DNA of 62,202 nucleotides, the filler included, from Sphacelaria rigidula (taxonomy: Eukaryota): NCBI GenBank assembly GCA_964200075.2. It is 10 parts of 10 records of this genome, joined end to end, with 100 filler letters (N's around TTAATTAATTAA, not from the genome) between each part and the next. Parts side by side here need not be neighbours in the genome. Positions count along the whole stretch, not along the records: positions 49,843 to 55,972 come from CAXNAA020022036.1; positions 56,073 to 62,202 come from CAXNAA020022037.1; 8 more parts are not named here. One strand, written 5' to 3'. The notes beneath the pieces are model-generated. The model did no database searches. It was not told the origin of the DNA and saw nothing but the letters and a program-made list of their open reading frames with translations. The number at the start of each line of letters is the position of its first letter. The first letter of the stretch is position 1. This document shows, piece by piece, positions 51,669 through 62,202 of the stretch. The position numbers were made by a program, and so were the translations under genes.

Positions 51669-52007
51669 TCAGACTGCAAGGCTGGCAGAACGAATTGTGT
51701 TGTGAAAGAATTGAATACTGAGACGAACTGATATTCTTGTGGTCAAAGGTGCGGTGCAGTCACCAAAACCGCCCCATACTCGAGGTTGGGTGGTGATTTC
51801 GCAGGCTGCTGAAGCAGCTCCAATCTGTTTCATGTGTTCCCACATTGATTCACGAACAAATGTTTGTGGGCTGCCGCTATCTAACAAATATACACATTTG
51901 GTAGTCGTGGTTGCGTATGGTCCACAATGGAGCGCTACGCGAGTAGCAAAAGTGGCAGGATCAACAGACACTTTACCGCCGACAAGTTCCGGACCATGTT
52001 CAGCCAA
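51669..52007 (-). pseudogene. Retroviral-type aspartic protease domain
   Basis: CVYLLDSGSPQTFV (hydrophobic-D-S-G) followed by a WGGFG flap-like segment. Confidence 0.8.
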
Positions 52008-53022
52008 GGTATATTGATCGAAATCAGTAGTGCTGACGGCGAAAACGGACGGCGGGTGATCTGCCGGGGGTCAACTTTCTCACCAGAAAGTTTGGTGGAT
52101 GATGTGTGCTTCCCAGAGTGAGCACAGCTCGTCTGGTCATAATCAATTTCATATATGACCGTGTTGGGAAGGCAGGGATCAACGTCTGAAGTAGATCCAT
52201 GTTGTTCAGTGTAGTCTGCAGAGGAGGTAGAGATGTCCGGAATGTCCTATTTGGATTCTCCTGGAACACTTGACAAATTCATCGCTCAAAGTCGTCGCAT
52301 TTTTGAGGGAGTGAGGTCGAGATTTCCTACTCGAGGGAGGTGTACGTCTTGATGCGCGCGCTGTAGTGGGGGGATGTTCACGGGGCTTCCTCTCTCGCCG
52401 TGACAAAGGGCGGGGAACTTCCAAAGTGTTTGGGGAAAGCTCGACTGCGTCGTTGAGTGGATGGGGTCAGCATCGGGGCATGCTCGGGCGAAGCTTGTGG
52501 ACTGTCCGCTGGCAAGCTTGGCTGAGGAGACATAGCCGAAGGTATAGTAGGATGTTTTATGTGGGAGCCAGTCAGTGGTGGCTTCGTATGGTGCAATGAA
52601 CGCGAAAAATGAACTCGTTCGACCTGGGTGGGTATTACGTGGTCCGAAGCGGTCAAATTCTGGCCAGCGACACTTGAACCAGTCGAGTGAATTACACTAC
52701 TGCCAATGCGTGCGGTCGCTGAGGGAAGCCTTTGCCTCAGAGGCGGGCGGTTGGTGTTCCCACACCTCAGACTTACTCTCATTCCTGAAGGACCAAGTCC
52801 AGAGCGATGTGTAGGGCTAAATTGTGAGTCAACGCAACTGTTACGCTGTGTGCGAAGAGGGGAAGACGGGGGTTGATATGAGCGGCCGTCATTAGTACTC
52901 CTGCATAGTGCAGGGGAGGTTGAGCGAGAAAGTATTGTCAGTCGTTCCGCGGTTGGTGTTGATTTAGTCTTCGTGTGTGCTGTCGGCGGCGCCGAAGACG
53001 CAAAAGCGCCGGCGTCGGCATG

Positions 53023-54899
53023 TCATGGATCGGTACGATCAGTCATAAAGGAACCAGGGTTTCTGGCGTTGGGGTTCAAGTGATTGCGATTCGGCCCCGT
53101 GCGCTGGTGTCCATCAGTGGAATTCTGGTGACGGTGAAAAGAACTTTCTCTTCGCCGGGAGCCAGAGTTGTCGTAGTTGTTGGGGCGAGTGTCGCGATTT
53201 GAGCGAGTGCTGTCGCGGTTGTTAGAAGGGCGGCGAGAAATACGGTTGGATGTGCGATATTCACGCATGCGTTTCTGCCATCGGCGCCATGCTGGCTCAT
53301 TGTCCTGGAGCTCAGAATTCATGAGGTCGAAAGAGGTGATACAAGGGCAAGTACAATCGTGCATACTGTGCTCTTGGGTGTTACAATTGATGCAACTATT
53401 TGCGTGGCGGCTGAAGGCCTCATGTCTGGCAGCAGACAAGAGGAGGGGGTTCCACAAAAGCGGGCCATCTGTAGTAAGCGCAGAGGTAGATACAGTATAA
53501 ACATCATCCCAAGTCTCGGCGGAGTATGGCCATCCGTCAAAACTCGCACGGAACGGGCCTCTCTTGTTTGCAACGCTCATGACGGAGCCGGCCACTGAGG
53601 CAGGCACCCACGAGGAACGAAGCGAAGTGTGAGGCCGGCTACGGGACCCTGAAGAGGTCGAAGAAGGCGCAGAAGTAGACTGAGAACGAGCTGAAGCATA
53701 CGTGTCGCCGCGAATGGCTGGCGTCAAATTATTTTCTTGATGGACGAACGCACTCCACATGGCATCCACAGAGGGATAGGGTACTTCCCGGTGCGCCAAA
53801 GCGCCTGGAAACAGGGACGGCATAAGTATCGGAAACTGCTCAGAATTGCTATTCCTGACATACGATTGGCACATTGCATCCGACGGACCAGTCTGTCGGT
53901 CTACTCCCATAGTGCTGGACATGACAAGCTTTAAAGAACGAAGATAATCGGCGAAACGAACGTCTGTTGCTACGCCGAAAGAACGGAGTCGCTGGATCAC
54001 GCTACCTTGAGTCGTGCGGTCGAAGTAGCTCGTTATACGCCGTTCCAGATGACGGAGCAATGTTGGGCCGCCGACCCCTGGGGCACGATCCACGTCCATA
54101 GCGGAGAAGAATCCATCAAGGACCTGAGTTAGGGAAGCGGCGGTGTCCGGCGATCGGCGGTTGATTGCGCGATGCATGGTTTTGTGGAGAGGGGTCTGCC
54201 ACCCATCTACCCCATCAGAATCCTCAAATCGTTGGACGCCCGAGGCGTCCGCTAATTGAAGAGTGTTGCGAATAGCTCTACGAATTGAAGTGATGAGAGC
54301 AGTGGTAAATTCGCCAGAATCTTCATTGTCGGCTGCAGGCATCGTTTTCACGTGCCAAGTTGTTTTAACATCCATCTAAATATACTCTCTTTGGATGGCA
54401 GCTACACGAGCGGAGGCGGCGGTGGCAGTCGGAGCTGCTGACTGAGTTTGGTGCTTACGTGTTGAAGTGGAAGCAAGGTTGCGAGCCACAGCAGAAGCCA
54501 GCGGCCGGTCAGATTGATAGTGTCGGAAAGACCGAGAATGGATCGCGACAAATCTTCGAGTCGCGAGGTAACTTGCCTGGGTCCAAACGAAACCAAGGGT
54601 GGCGGTTCTTGATGATTGCGCGTCCGGGGTCGTCCTGCAGTTGAAATGGAACCGTTGCCGCTGTTGTTCCGTTTGTTGTGGGACCCCCGAGGGTTCCGAG
54701 CGGAACACCGGGTGGTTTCGCCTGCAGAAGGGCCGTGCCGGCGGTGGCGAGAAGAGCCTCCCCCGTGAGAGCCGTTGTCGTCGTCTGAGCCGTCGTGGCA
54801 GCGGTGACGTGAATGCGCCGGCGCCCACCCGTCGTCGTTGTCGGCGGCGATGGCGGTTTGAAAAGCCGTACGTAAAGCGTCAAAGAGAGACACTGTCAC
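53023..54899 (-). pseudogene. Gag-like ORF with CX2CX4HX4C zinc knuckle; N-terminus broken
   Basis: The 450-aa ORF 53023-54375 contains CINCNTQEHSMHDC. It is in frame with the 54376-54828 ORF across a single TAG, and a frameshift may link to 54899. Confidence 0.75.
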
Positions 54900-55377
54900 T
54901 ATCAGCTGGCCCAGCTCGTACCCGTATTCAAATATCTAGAGGGGCTCGTCCAGAACGTGCTTCTTCCAATGTCGACCCCGCAGGGATAGATTTGAGGTCT
55001 GCGAACGCACAATTTGCCTTGGGCACCCTCTGCACCCCCTGAGCCCGAGGGTTCTCTTATGTCTCCGTTGGGGTAAGGGTCACGGTTAGCGTTGGAGTTG
55101 GCGCTACGACTAGGGTGGGGGGCACCTCACTTATAACAGTGTTTTTGTGAGATCGAGAGTAGAGGATACGATTAAGAGTGAAAAGCTGTCAATTAGTAAA
55201 TGAATCGTTTCTGTTCCGAAATATCCCTCCCCGAGGCCCAATATGCTTTCCGTAGTAGCTTGCCACTGAGGCCCTTAATATCTCTGAGTAGGATATCGGC
55301 GTGTAATTGTAAGCACAAGCCAGTGTTGGAGGGGAAGAAAAGCACGTACATGGAATGAAAAATTGGCCAAGTTATAT

Positions 55378-55771
55378 GAGCTAGGCCAGCCTAGAGGCGG
55401 ATTTGAAGTTCGCAGGCCCATGCTCCTACCAATATTTAGAGTTGGGCCCTGAATTTTGGAATGGACAATGAAAAGGGCACGGGAAAAAAACGTCGGTACC
55501 ATTTTCTTTTTTCATGAGTTGAAGGCATTTACTGATACCTAAAAACTGATTATTGCACTTAACTCATGAAAACGAAAAACAACAACATTTTGGCGCCAAG
55601 GTAATTTTTTCTTCATGCCCTGTACATTGTCCACACCAAATTTCAGGGCCCAACTCTAAACATTGGCGGGAGCATGGGCCTTCAAAAAACCGGGTCGGTA
55701 GAAAATCGGAACAGTATTTCGCAGGCCACTCACCGGCCCATGTTTGGTTTTCGTGTACAGGCTGGGCCAGC
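55378..55771. mobile_element. MITE with GAGCT(G/A)GGCCAGCCT termini
   Basis: Internal inverted repeat gcccatgctcc..tttagagttgggccctgaa / ttcagggcccaactctaaa..ggagcatgggc. Related pieces at 37219-37282, 38619-38640 and 39430-39510. Confidence 0.6.
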
Positions 55772-56294
55772 AAAGAGTGCCGCATTTGCATCTCCAGCCA
55801 TAACTCCTCAAGTGTACAAAATCAGCTCGACTTGAGCATAAATATTATCGCTGTGAACTGCAGACCAACCTGGTATTGCACGGCACCGCCGCTGGTCGAT
55901 TGGCGAAGTTTTGGCGATGATGTTATTGTACTGTATTGAGTACCAGGAACGTGTCGTGTCGTCGCGTGATAGNNNNNNNNNNNNNNNNNNNNNNNNNNNN
56001 NNNNNNNNNNNNNNNNTTAATTAATTAANNNNNNNNNNNNNNNNNNNNNNNNNNNNNNNNNNNNNNNNNNNNTTTCCCTGCTATTACCCCCCTCAAAAAA
56101 GGGGGGGAAATGACTGTTTCGGTCAGCGATGTAAGCTCACAGAGTCGGTGAATTCCGCTGAAAAGTATCAACGCGATCGAGGGGCATTAGGTTGACAACA
56201 ACGTCATTGGGTACCATCGCTGAAAGTGTGGGGAAAGCACTGTTGTAGGCTTGAACCTCATCTCGGAGTTAAACCTCAATTCGCACAATTTGTT

Positions 56295-56936
56295 GTTATG
56301 TCCAAGTCCAGTCCGGTGCAGATGTACTTGTTGGCACTATATGCAGCAGGCGCCTTTCTCCTCCGCTACGACGCCGTTTGAACCCCTCGATGGCTTGAAC
56401 GGCGGCTACGGACTGTGTGAGTGTATTGCCGCTGCTGTGGTATAGATACAAGGCACATTAAACGAGCGTGGGCAGGCATTCCACTCGCTGACGTTGGACA
56501 GAAGCTATGTCCAAGCCGCCAAGTCGCGGCTTGGACGTAGCTTCTGTCCACCTCCAGTCGGGTGGCGGTATGTTTTGGCCCTGCGTGTAGCAGGCGCGTT
56601 TCTCGTCCGCTACGGGGCCGTTTGCACCGTGTGATGGCTTGAACGATGGCTAAGGACTGTGTGGGTGAACTACAGGTGCTATGGTGTCGATGCAAGGGAC
56701 ATGGAACAAGCACAGAGAGGTATTCCACTCGCTGTAGGTGGACATAAGCTATGTCCAAGTCGTGACTTGGACATGTAGCTCATGTCCATGTCCAGCCGGG
56801 TGGCGGTATTTCTTGGCAATGGGCAGCATGCGCGTTTCTCGTCCGCTACGGGGCCGTTTACACCGTGTGATGGCTTGAACGATGGCTACGGACTGCGTGA
56901 GTGAATTCCGGGTGTTCTGGTGTCGATGCAAGGTAC
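56295..56936. repeat. Diverged ~240-bp tandem repeat interrupted by the Copia element
   Basis: Marker ttctc(c/g)tccgctacg at about 56357, 56600 and 56836. The unit resumes after 60802 (atgggacgaac...ccaagtcgcgacttgga). Confidence 0.8.
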
Positions 56937-57295
56937 TGTTCGTAGTATGGCCTGGGATAGTCAGTAAAATACACCTTGTCAGGATAAGGTACAACAGTCT
57001 TGTGATATACCTGTTTGAGTCCCGGGTACTACGCGGGATGACTTATATTGTGCTGTTCGTGACTGGACATACGTGAGTGGTGCCCGTCGCATGTTGAGAC
57101 CTTGACCCCAACTGTGGTCACTCCCCTTCTTTCCCTCTTCATCAACAAAGCTTTATATACATTTCTACCTCATCTTGATCGGCAGTCAGCCGTGTCCATT
57201 GATCCACTATTGCAGTCGTGTCCGTTGATCGACAACCTGAGTCGAGTCTGCACCCTATCCTCTCACGGGGTCACGAAGCTACAAACACTCAAACA
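56937..57295 (+). repeat. 5' LTR (359 bp)
   Basis: TGTTCGTAG...CTCAAACA; by-eye alignment gives 6 substitutions and 3 indels versus the 3' LTR. Confidence 0.95.
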
Positions 57296-57341
57296 CTCTA
57301 GAGTCCCTACCCAACTTGGGAGCATTGTGGCCAAGGGACCG

Positions 57342-58214
57342 ATGACGGACTGGAGCACCGCAGAAAGACACTTGGCCGTCGTGGGAGACACATCGTCTCC
57401 AACGCAGATGCTGGAGGTGAAAGAGAACGTCACTAGCTTGCAAGGATCGGTGACGGGAATTACCGAGCAGCTGGCGGAACTGAGGATGATCATGTCCCAA
57501 TTAGTGTGCGGGACATCGTCCACTGGCCTTGGAGCGGCAGTGAACGAGGAGGGGGAGGCAGGCGACGGGAGGCACACCATCGCCGATGCCGAAACAGGGA
57601 GGGTCCGGTCACCACGCGGTGTAGGGATTGTATCAGGCCCTCTCCGAGGATCCACGGGCGATGGATCCGCCCAAGTAAGTACGATCGAGAAGTCCCCGGC
57701 TTACTACCCCCATCTAGGCGTGAAGAATCGTTTTCGTGTTGATGAAAGATTCGATGAGAAGTGTGACGGTAAGGAGAAAAAATGGCCATTGTTCCGTGAT
57801 GATGATTCCCTGACACAAGTTAGTGCCGCAGTTTTCATAAACGCCTAACGTGTCAGACGGGAAATATTTCCGTATGACACAGGAAACTGGCCAGGACCCC
57901 CGTGAAGTGGCAAGGGAAGTCCAAAGAAAAGGAATTTACGAATTTACGAGGGACCTCGGGAGATACGGGGGATTCGAAACCTGATGGGCGTGAAAAATGG
58001 TTCTGTAAAGGAGAGGCGATGTTGGATTTGTCCGAAGCAAACGACACACTTCGCGCGTGACTGTCCGGAACGACATTGCATGAGATGCGGAAAAAAGGGA
58101 CACTCGTTTCAGGATTGTAATACAGGAGAAGATGAAGATACAGCGATGGAAGTAGGGTCGTCGGGTCGTAGCGATTCTTCAGTATGTTCGGAAGCGAACG
58201 CAGAAGCCTTTTGA
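57342..58214 (+). pseudogene. Broken gag with two zinc knuckles
   Basis: MTDWSTAERH... coiled-coil-like start (stop at 57848), then CWICPKQTTHFARDC and CMRCGKKGHSFQDC in 57984-58214. Confidence 0.8.
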
Positions 58215-60433
58215 AAATGATGGCATGAAACCTATGCATGACTCAAATACCCCTTTGATATTGCAACGTTTTGAGTGTTCGTGACCATCATGCAGATAGC
58301 GATTCATGTACTCAAGGGAAGGTTGTTGCCCAGGTGGATCGAGATGTTGTACATCTCTGAACGATGCTGAGACCATATTTTTTATATGGAGACCGAAACT
58401 CAGTGATGATGTTTGACGAATATTTCTGTCTCGATGAGTGCAGAATTGCTTTGCGCGCTTGGTTGACTCGATTGATGAGTAGAAGATCGTCTGCCGTTTT
58501 TGTAAGTGTGAGGAGAGCGGGGCACCGCGACTTGACTTGACTGTGGAACGGTGTCGGTAAAATTGCACAGAGTGAAGTGCGTGAAGAGTGTTGAGGACAC
58601 GTTTTGACATGGATGCCGAAGCTCAACGCTTATGTGTAACATTGTTGCCACCCCGATGAGCGCAGGACTGTGGGGCACCACACCCTTACTCGATCGGTTG
58701 AGGTGGAATCTTGTTCGTCGCCTTGGTGAGTGCAGGCACGTGGGGCACCATGGTCTGACTAGACTGGAGGGTGATGTCAGTAAAACTTTCCGCAGAGGGG
58801 TATGCGGATGAACGAGAGTTGAGACCACAAAATTTGGGGTCGGTTCCGAAACTCGACATCTAAGTGAAAAATTTGTCATCATTCCGAGAGGTGTAGGATT
58901 CGCGAGGCATCGGTTTCTTGACTGGATTGGTTGGTGAGGCTTCGTTGTTATGGTAGGAGCAAGGACTGAGTATAGCGCAATACTAGTAGCTTGGCCTGAT
59001 CATGATAATTTCGGAAGAGTGACTGTGGGCACAAGTGAAATTCCTGTGCTACAGGTCATCAAAACGCATGTGACCCATATTTGATGGCTAATAGATAGAG
59101 CTGACGTTATGTGCGAGATGCGGTTCATGTGCACAGCATGATACAAGAAGAGTGCACTGTATCAACCATATGGGAGCCGGCCGTTGCTCGGTTGGCTGGC
59201 CAGGCGAATTCCATACAGGTTCACATATGTTGGCATGGCATGGAAAAGTAAAAGTGTACTGCCTTAGGCAACCAGGATGCTAGCGGCCGAACGGCTGTTT
59301 GATCCATGTGTGACACGTGAACATAAAGTGAAGAGTTGAAATAATGATTGTGCTGGATTCGAGTATGATATATGGGTGTGCTTTCGTGGGTGGCGTAACG
59401 CGACACCACAGTACGGTACGTGGTAAAAGTATGTTCATCGGTTGGTGATTGACGCGCCTGAGTAACATGGATATGAATACTTTACCTTTCTGTTGCCCCA
59501 CTGCCCATTCCCCTCGGGTCTGCACGATATGTGAGACGCTGAGCCTCCAAAAACCATCTTTGTCCGACACAGGTGCTGTCTGTACGGCTGAGACGAGCAC
59601 GAGGTGACCGATGGTTTTGGAGGGCGGTGACCGACCAGGATCAAGATCAGCCTCCCCTCGCTGCGAATCTCCCCGCTACGGGGGAAAGATGATGAATGCA
59701 GCACTCCTTCCCCGTGGCCTAGAAGCGGGGGGGGGAAGACTTTCATAGCAAAAATTAGGGGGGGGGGGCTGATGCTGATCGTGTGTTCCGTCTGGAGGCG
59801 TTGAGCTGCTTTGCTCCGCCGGTCGCCGAAGGGGAATACGGGGTAAAGTAGATGTAGTGAGTGTCTAGTTTGGTTTGATGACGTAGGCACTACTGTAGCA
59901 TGGATTACTGAATTTGAAAATTGAAATTTGATTCTTGTACTGTAGGTAGCTGACTGACTGTGAAGTGGATCTCGAAGGTTGTCCACTGTACTTACTGTGT
60001 TGTGTGGGTTCATATATTATCTAGGAGCTTGGTCTCGCGTGCATAGTGCAGGTTACTCGAATGCTAAGTACGACCACCCACGCTATTGTAAGGAGCATGG
60101 GCTAGTACAGTTGAAGAATTTGATTTGCGTTTCGAATGGATTGACCATCACGAGCTACAATGTGGTGAACACAAAGCTCATCAATCGCTGTTTTTTCGTC
60201 ATGGTGTGAAAAGGAAGATACCAATGTATTTGATTGTTGGCTGGTCCCATAGTCGTTGAAAGAAGTGACGAGTTTCGGGATTTACGGTGGTTTTTCGGTT
60301 GCTGATGAAATTCATTTCTTGAGAGAATACACCTGTTGAATGCGCCGTGAGCGGAGTTTTTTTTCCGGTGGGTAGTTCTGTTCACTGAGCATGATCCTTG
60401 AATCTTACTTTTGACACCCAGTCGATGAGGGGG

Positions 60434-60797
60434 TGTTCGTAGGATGGCCTGGGATAGTCAGTAAGATACACCTTGTCAGGATAAGGTACAACAGTCTTGT
60501 GATATACCTGTTTGAGTCCCGGGTACTACGCGGGATGACTTTATATTGTGATGTTCGTGACTGGACATACGTGAGTGGTGCCCGTCGCATGTTGAGACCT
60601 TGACCCCCAACTGTGGTCACTCCCCTTCTTTCCCTCTTCATCAACAAAGCTTTATATACATTTCTACCTCATCTTGATCGGCAGTCAGCCGTGTCCATTG
60701 ATCGACTATTATTGCAGTCGTGTCCGTTGATCGACAATCTGAGTCGAGTCTGCACCCTATCCTCTCACGGGGTCACGAAGCTACAAATACTCAAACA
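60434..60797 (+). repeat. 3' LTR (364 bp)
   Basis: TGTTCGTAG...CTCAAACA followed by the TSD GGTAC. Confidence 0.95.
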
Positions 60798-61309
60798 GGT
60801 ACATGGGACGAACGCGGGGGGGGGGNNNNNNNNNNGAGAGGCCGGCGGCGATGGGCGCAATGGGGGGGGGGGGCGGGGGGGGCTGGGGGGGGGGGGGGGG
60901 TGGGGGGGGGGGTAGTCGGATCGCAGCTGGACTTGGACATGACTTTTTCCAAGTCGCGACTTGGAAATAGCATTACCCAACATATTAACATGATATCCTA
61001 CACTGTTACATGCTTGACATGTCACGAGCGTCGTGCAGCCATTCCACCGTTATCTTAAGCGCACATGATGGTATAGAGTTCAAGAGGGGCCTCGCAATCG
61101 AACGCGGTAAGCACATACGAACACGTCCATAAAAGACATACACTGGAAGATAATCTCACCCAGACTTGACGCATTGCTGAAACGGCAATACTGTCGCCGC
61201 TTTTTCGCAAAGATCCGAACACCCCAACCCAACTACAGCAATCGAGCTTTGATGCAGGTTGACCGGGCAGCGCTTACCACGCGTATTATGATCTGAACAA
61301 TATCTTTAG

Positions 61310-61395
61310 GCAGACGATCATCAATCGCTGTGGTTTGCGATGCCCGAGGTACAGCAATCGCAGCAGCAGCAGCAAGACCAGCAACAGCAGCAGCA

Positions 61396-61438
<43 letters not shown>

Positions 61439-61619
61439 GACCAGCAGCAAGACCAGCAAGAGCCGATCCCCTCACCTGAGGCGGAGGCGAGTGATCTGAG
61501 GGAGCTGCATTTGTCGGCAAAGTTCCTCACACCATACGCGGTGGCAGCCACCACAGATAACCGCGTTTGGCTGAGCGATACCAAGCAGACACACGTAGAC
61601 TTCAGCGCAAACAAGCAAG
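61310..61619 (+). CDS. Candidate exon with interrupted polyglutamine tract, unknown gene
   Basis: ctttag|GCA...CAA G|gtatgt; ADDHQSLWFAMPEVQQSQ...QEPIPSPEAEASDLRELHLSAKFLTPYAVAATTDNRVWLSDTKQTHVDFSANKQ. All repeat interruptions preserve frame. Confidence 0.5.
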
Positions 61620-62202
61620 GTATGTGTCACCCTGTCTTAGCGCTCCGTGAGAGAACAGCCGAATCGAGGGGCAGGCAGAATGAGAGATCGGTCGTTCACC
61701 GAGGCCACTGTATTGACCAAGACCTCCTACAGCTCAAGCCACCATCTATCGACGCCCGGGCTTCGTCGCGGATGGGCACACGGAACCTTCTCTTTTGCCC
61801 CCACTTAATTCGAGCGAAAAATAGACGAAACATGAACCAGCCCTTGGTTCGCAACTCGCAGGAACTGCGGTAACGAAAGGCTCATACGCGACCCCCTTTT
61901 CACCGGAATTTGAACGAGTCACCAAACCGAAATTGCGGCTTGCCATTTATGACCGATACATGAAAGCTTATAACAGAGAGTTTCGGGGAAAAAATCAGAA
62001 CTCAGGGATAAAAGAGAGTTTCGGAAAAAAAACCAGAACTCATGGGTAAGAGCGAGAACGACTGGATTGTTTACACTTAAACCCCAGGGTTGTTTATATT
62101 TATTTCTACCACGTAGGTGTGGACCGTGGCCAACTTCTCAGGGTTTAGTCTTTTCTGTTCCGAATGCAACGTGGTCGGTGTCATGAGTTGAAAAGGTACA
62201 AG

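Larger units (their letters stand above)
49920..55138 (-). mobile_element. Defective Ty3/Gypsy LTR retrotransposon (gag, protease, integrase N-terminus; no RT/RNase H seen)
   Basis: Minus-strand order is gag with a CCHC knuckle, LLDSGS protease, then the integrase zinc-binding region. Begins TGTTATAAG at 55138, where it abuts a repeat also seen at 6235-6290. Confidence 0.8.
56937..60797 (+). mobile_element. Complete non-autonomous Ty1/Copia LTR retrotransposon (3861 bp)
   Basis: TG...CA LTRs; TSD GGTAC at 56932-56936 and 60798-60802; purine run gatgaggggg before the 3' LTR. Gag knuckles are present, plus decayed GYSNAKY (GYSDAD-like) and TKLINRCFFV (TKHID-like) RNase H remnants at 60040-60205. 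Confidence 0.9.

Overview
Eukaryotic nuclear DNA, repeat-rich and intron-rich, most consistent with a brown alga (Phaeophyceae). That assignment is inferred from the retroelement and MITE families and the kb-scale GT-AG introns, not from a marker gene. The window is NOT one locus. It is ten unlinked contigs of 6130-6131 bp joined by an artificial 100-bp linker (44 N + TTAATTAATTAA + 44 N), so nothing can be inferred across linkers. Host genes are present only as spliced fragments that the ORF track largely misses: three exons of an ATR-like PIKK kinase (contig 1), two exons of the plant-type P5C dehydrogenase ALDH12A1 including the catalytic Cys (contig 3), four 5' exons of an ABCB/P-glycoprotein transporter (contig 7), and two orphan candidate exons. 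The rest is mostly transposable elements: a complete 3.86-kb non-autonomous Copia element with ~98% identical LTRs and a GGTAC target-site duplication (TSD); a Ty3/Gypsy element with gag, protease and integrase start but apparently no RT/RNase H; decayed chromovirus and Gypsy integrases; many foldback MITEs; and tRNA-derived SINEs. The most unusual signals are a LINE family whose copies end in poly(C) rather than poly(A) and sit in C-runs, head-to-head tRNA-Arg-like palindromes, a foldback element flanked by CGTG in both copies, and a possible decayed KDZ/Zisupton-like transposase. No CRISPR array or prokaryotic system is supported.
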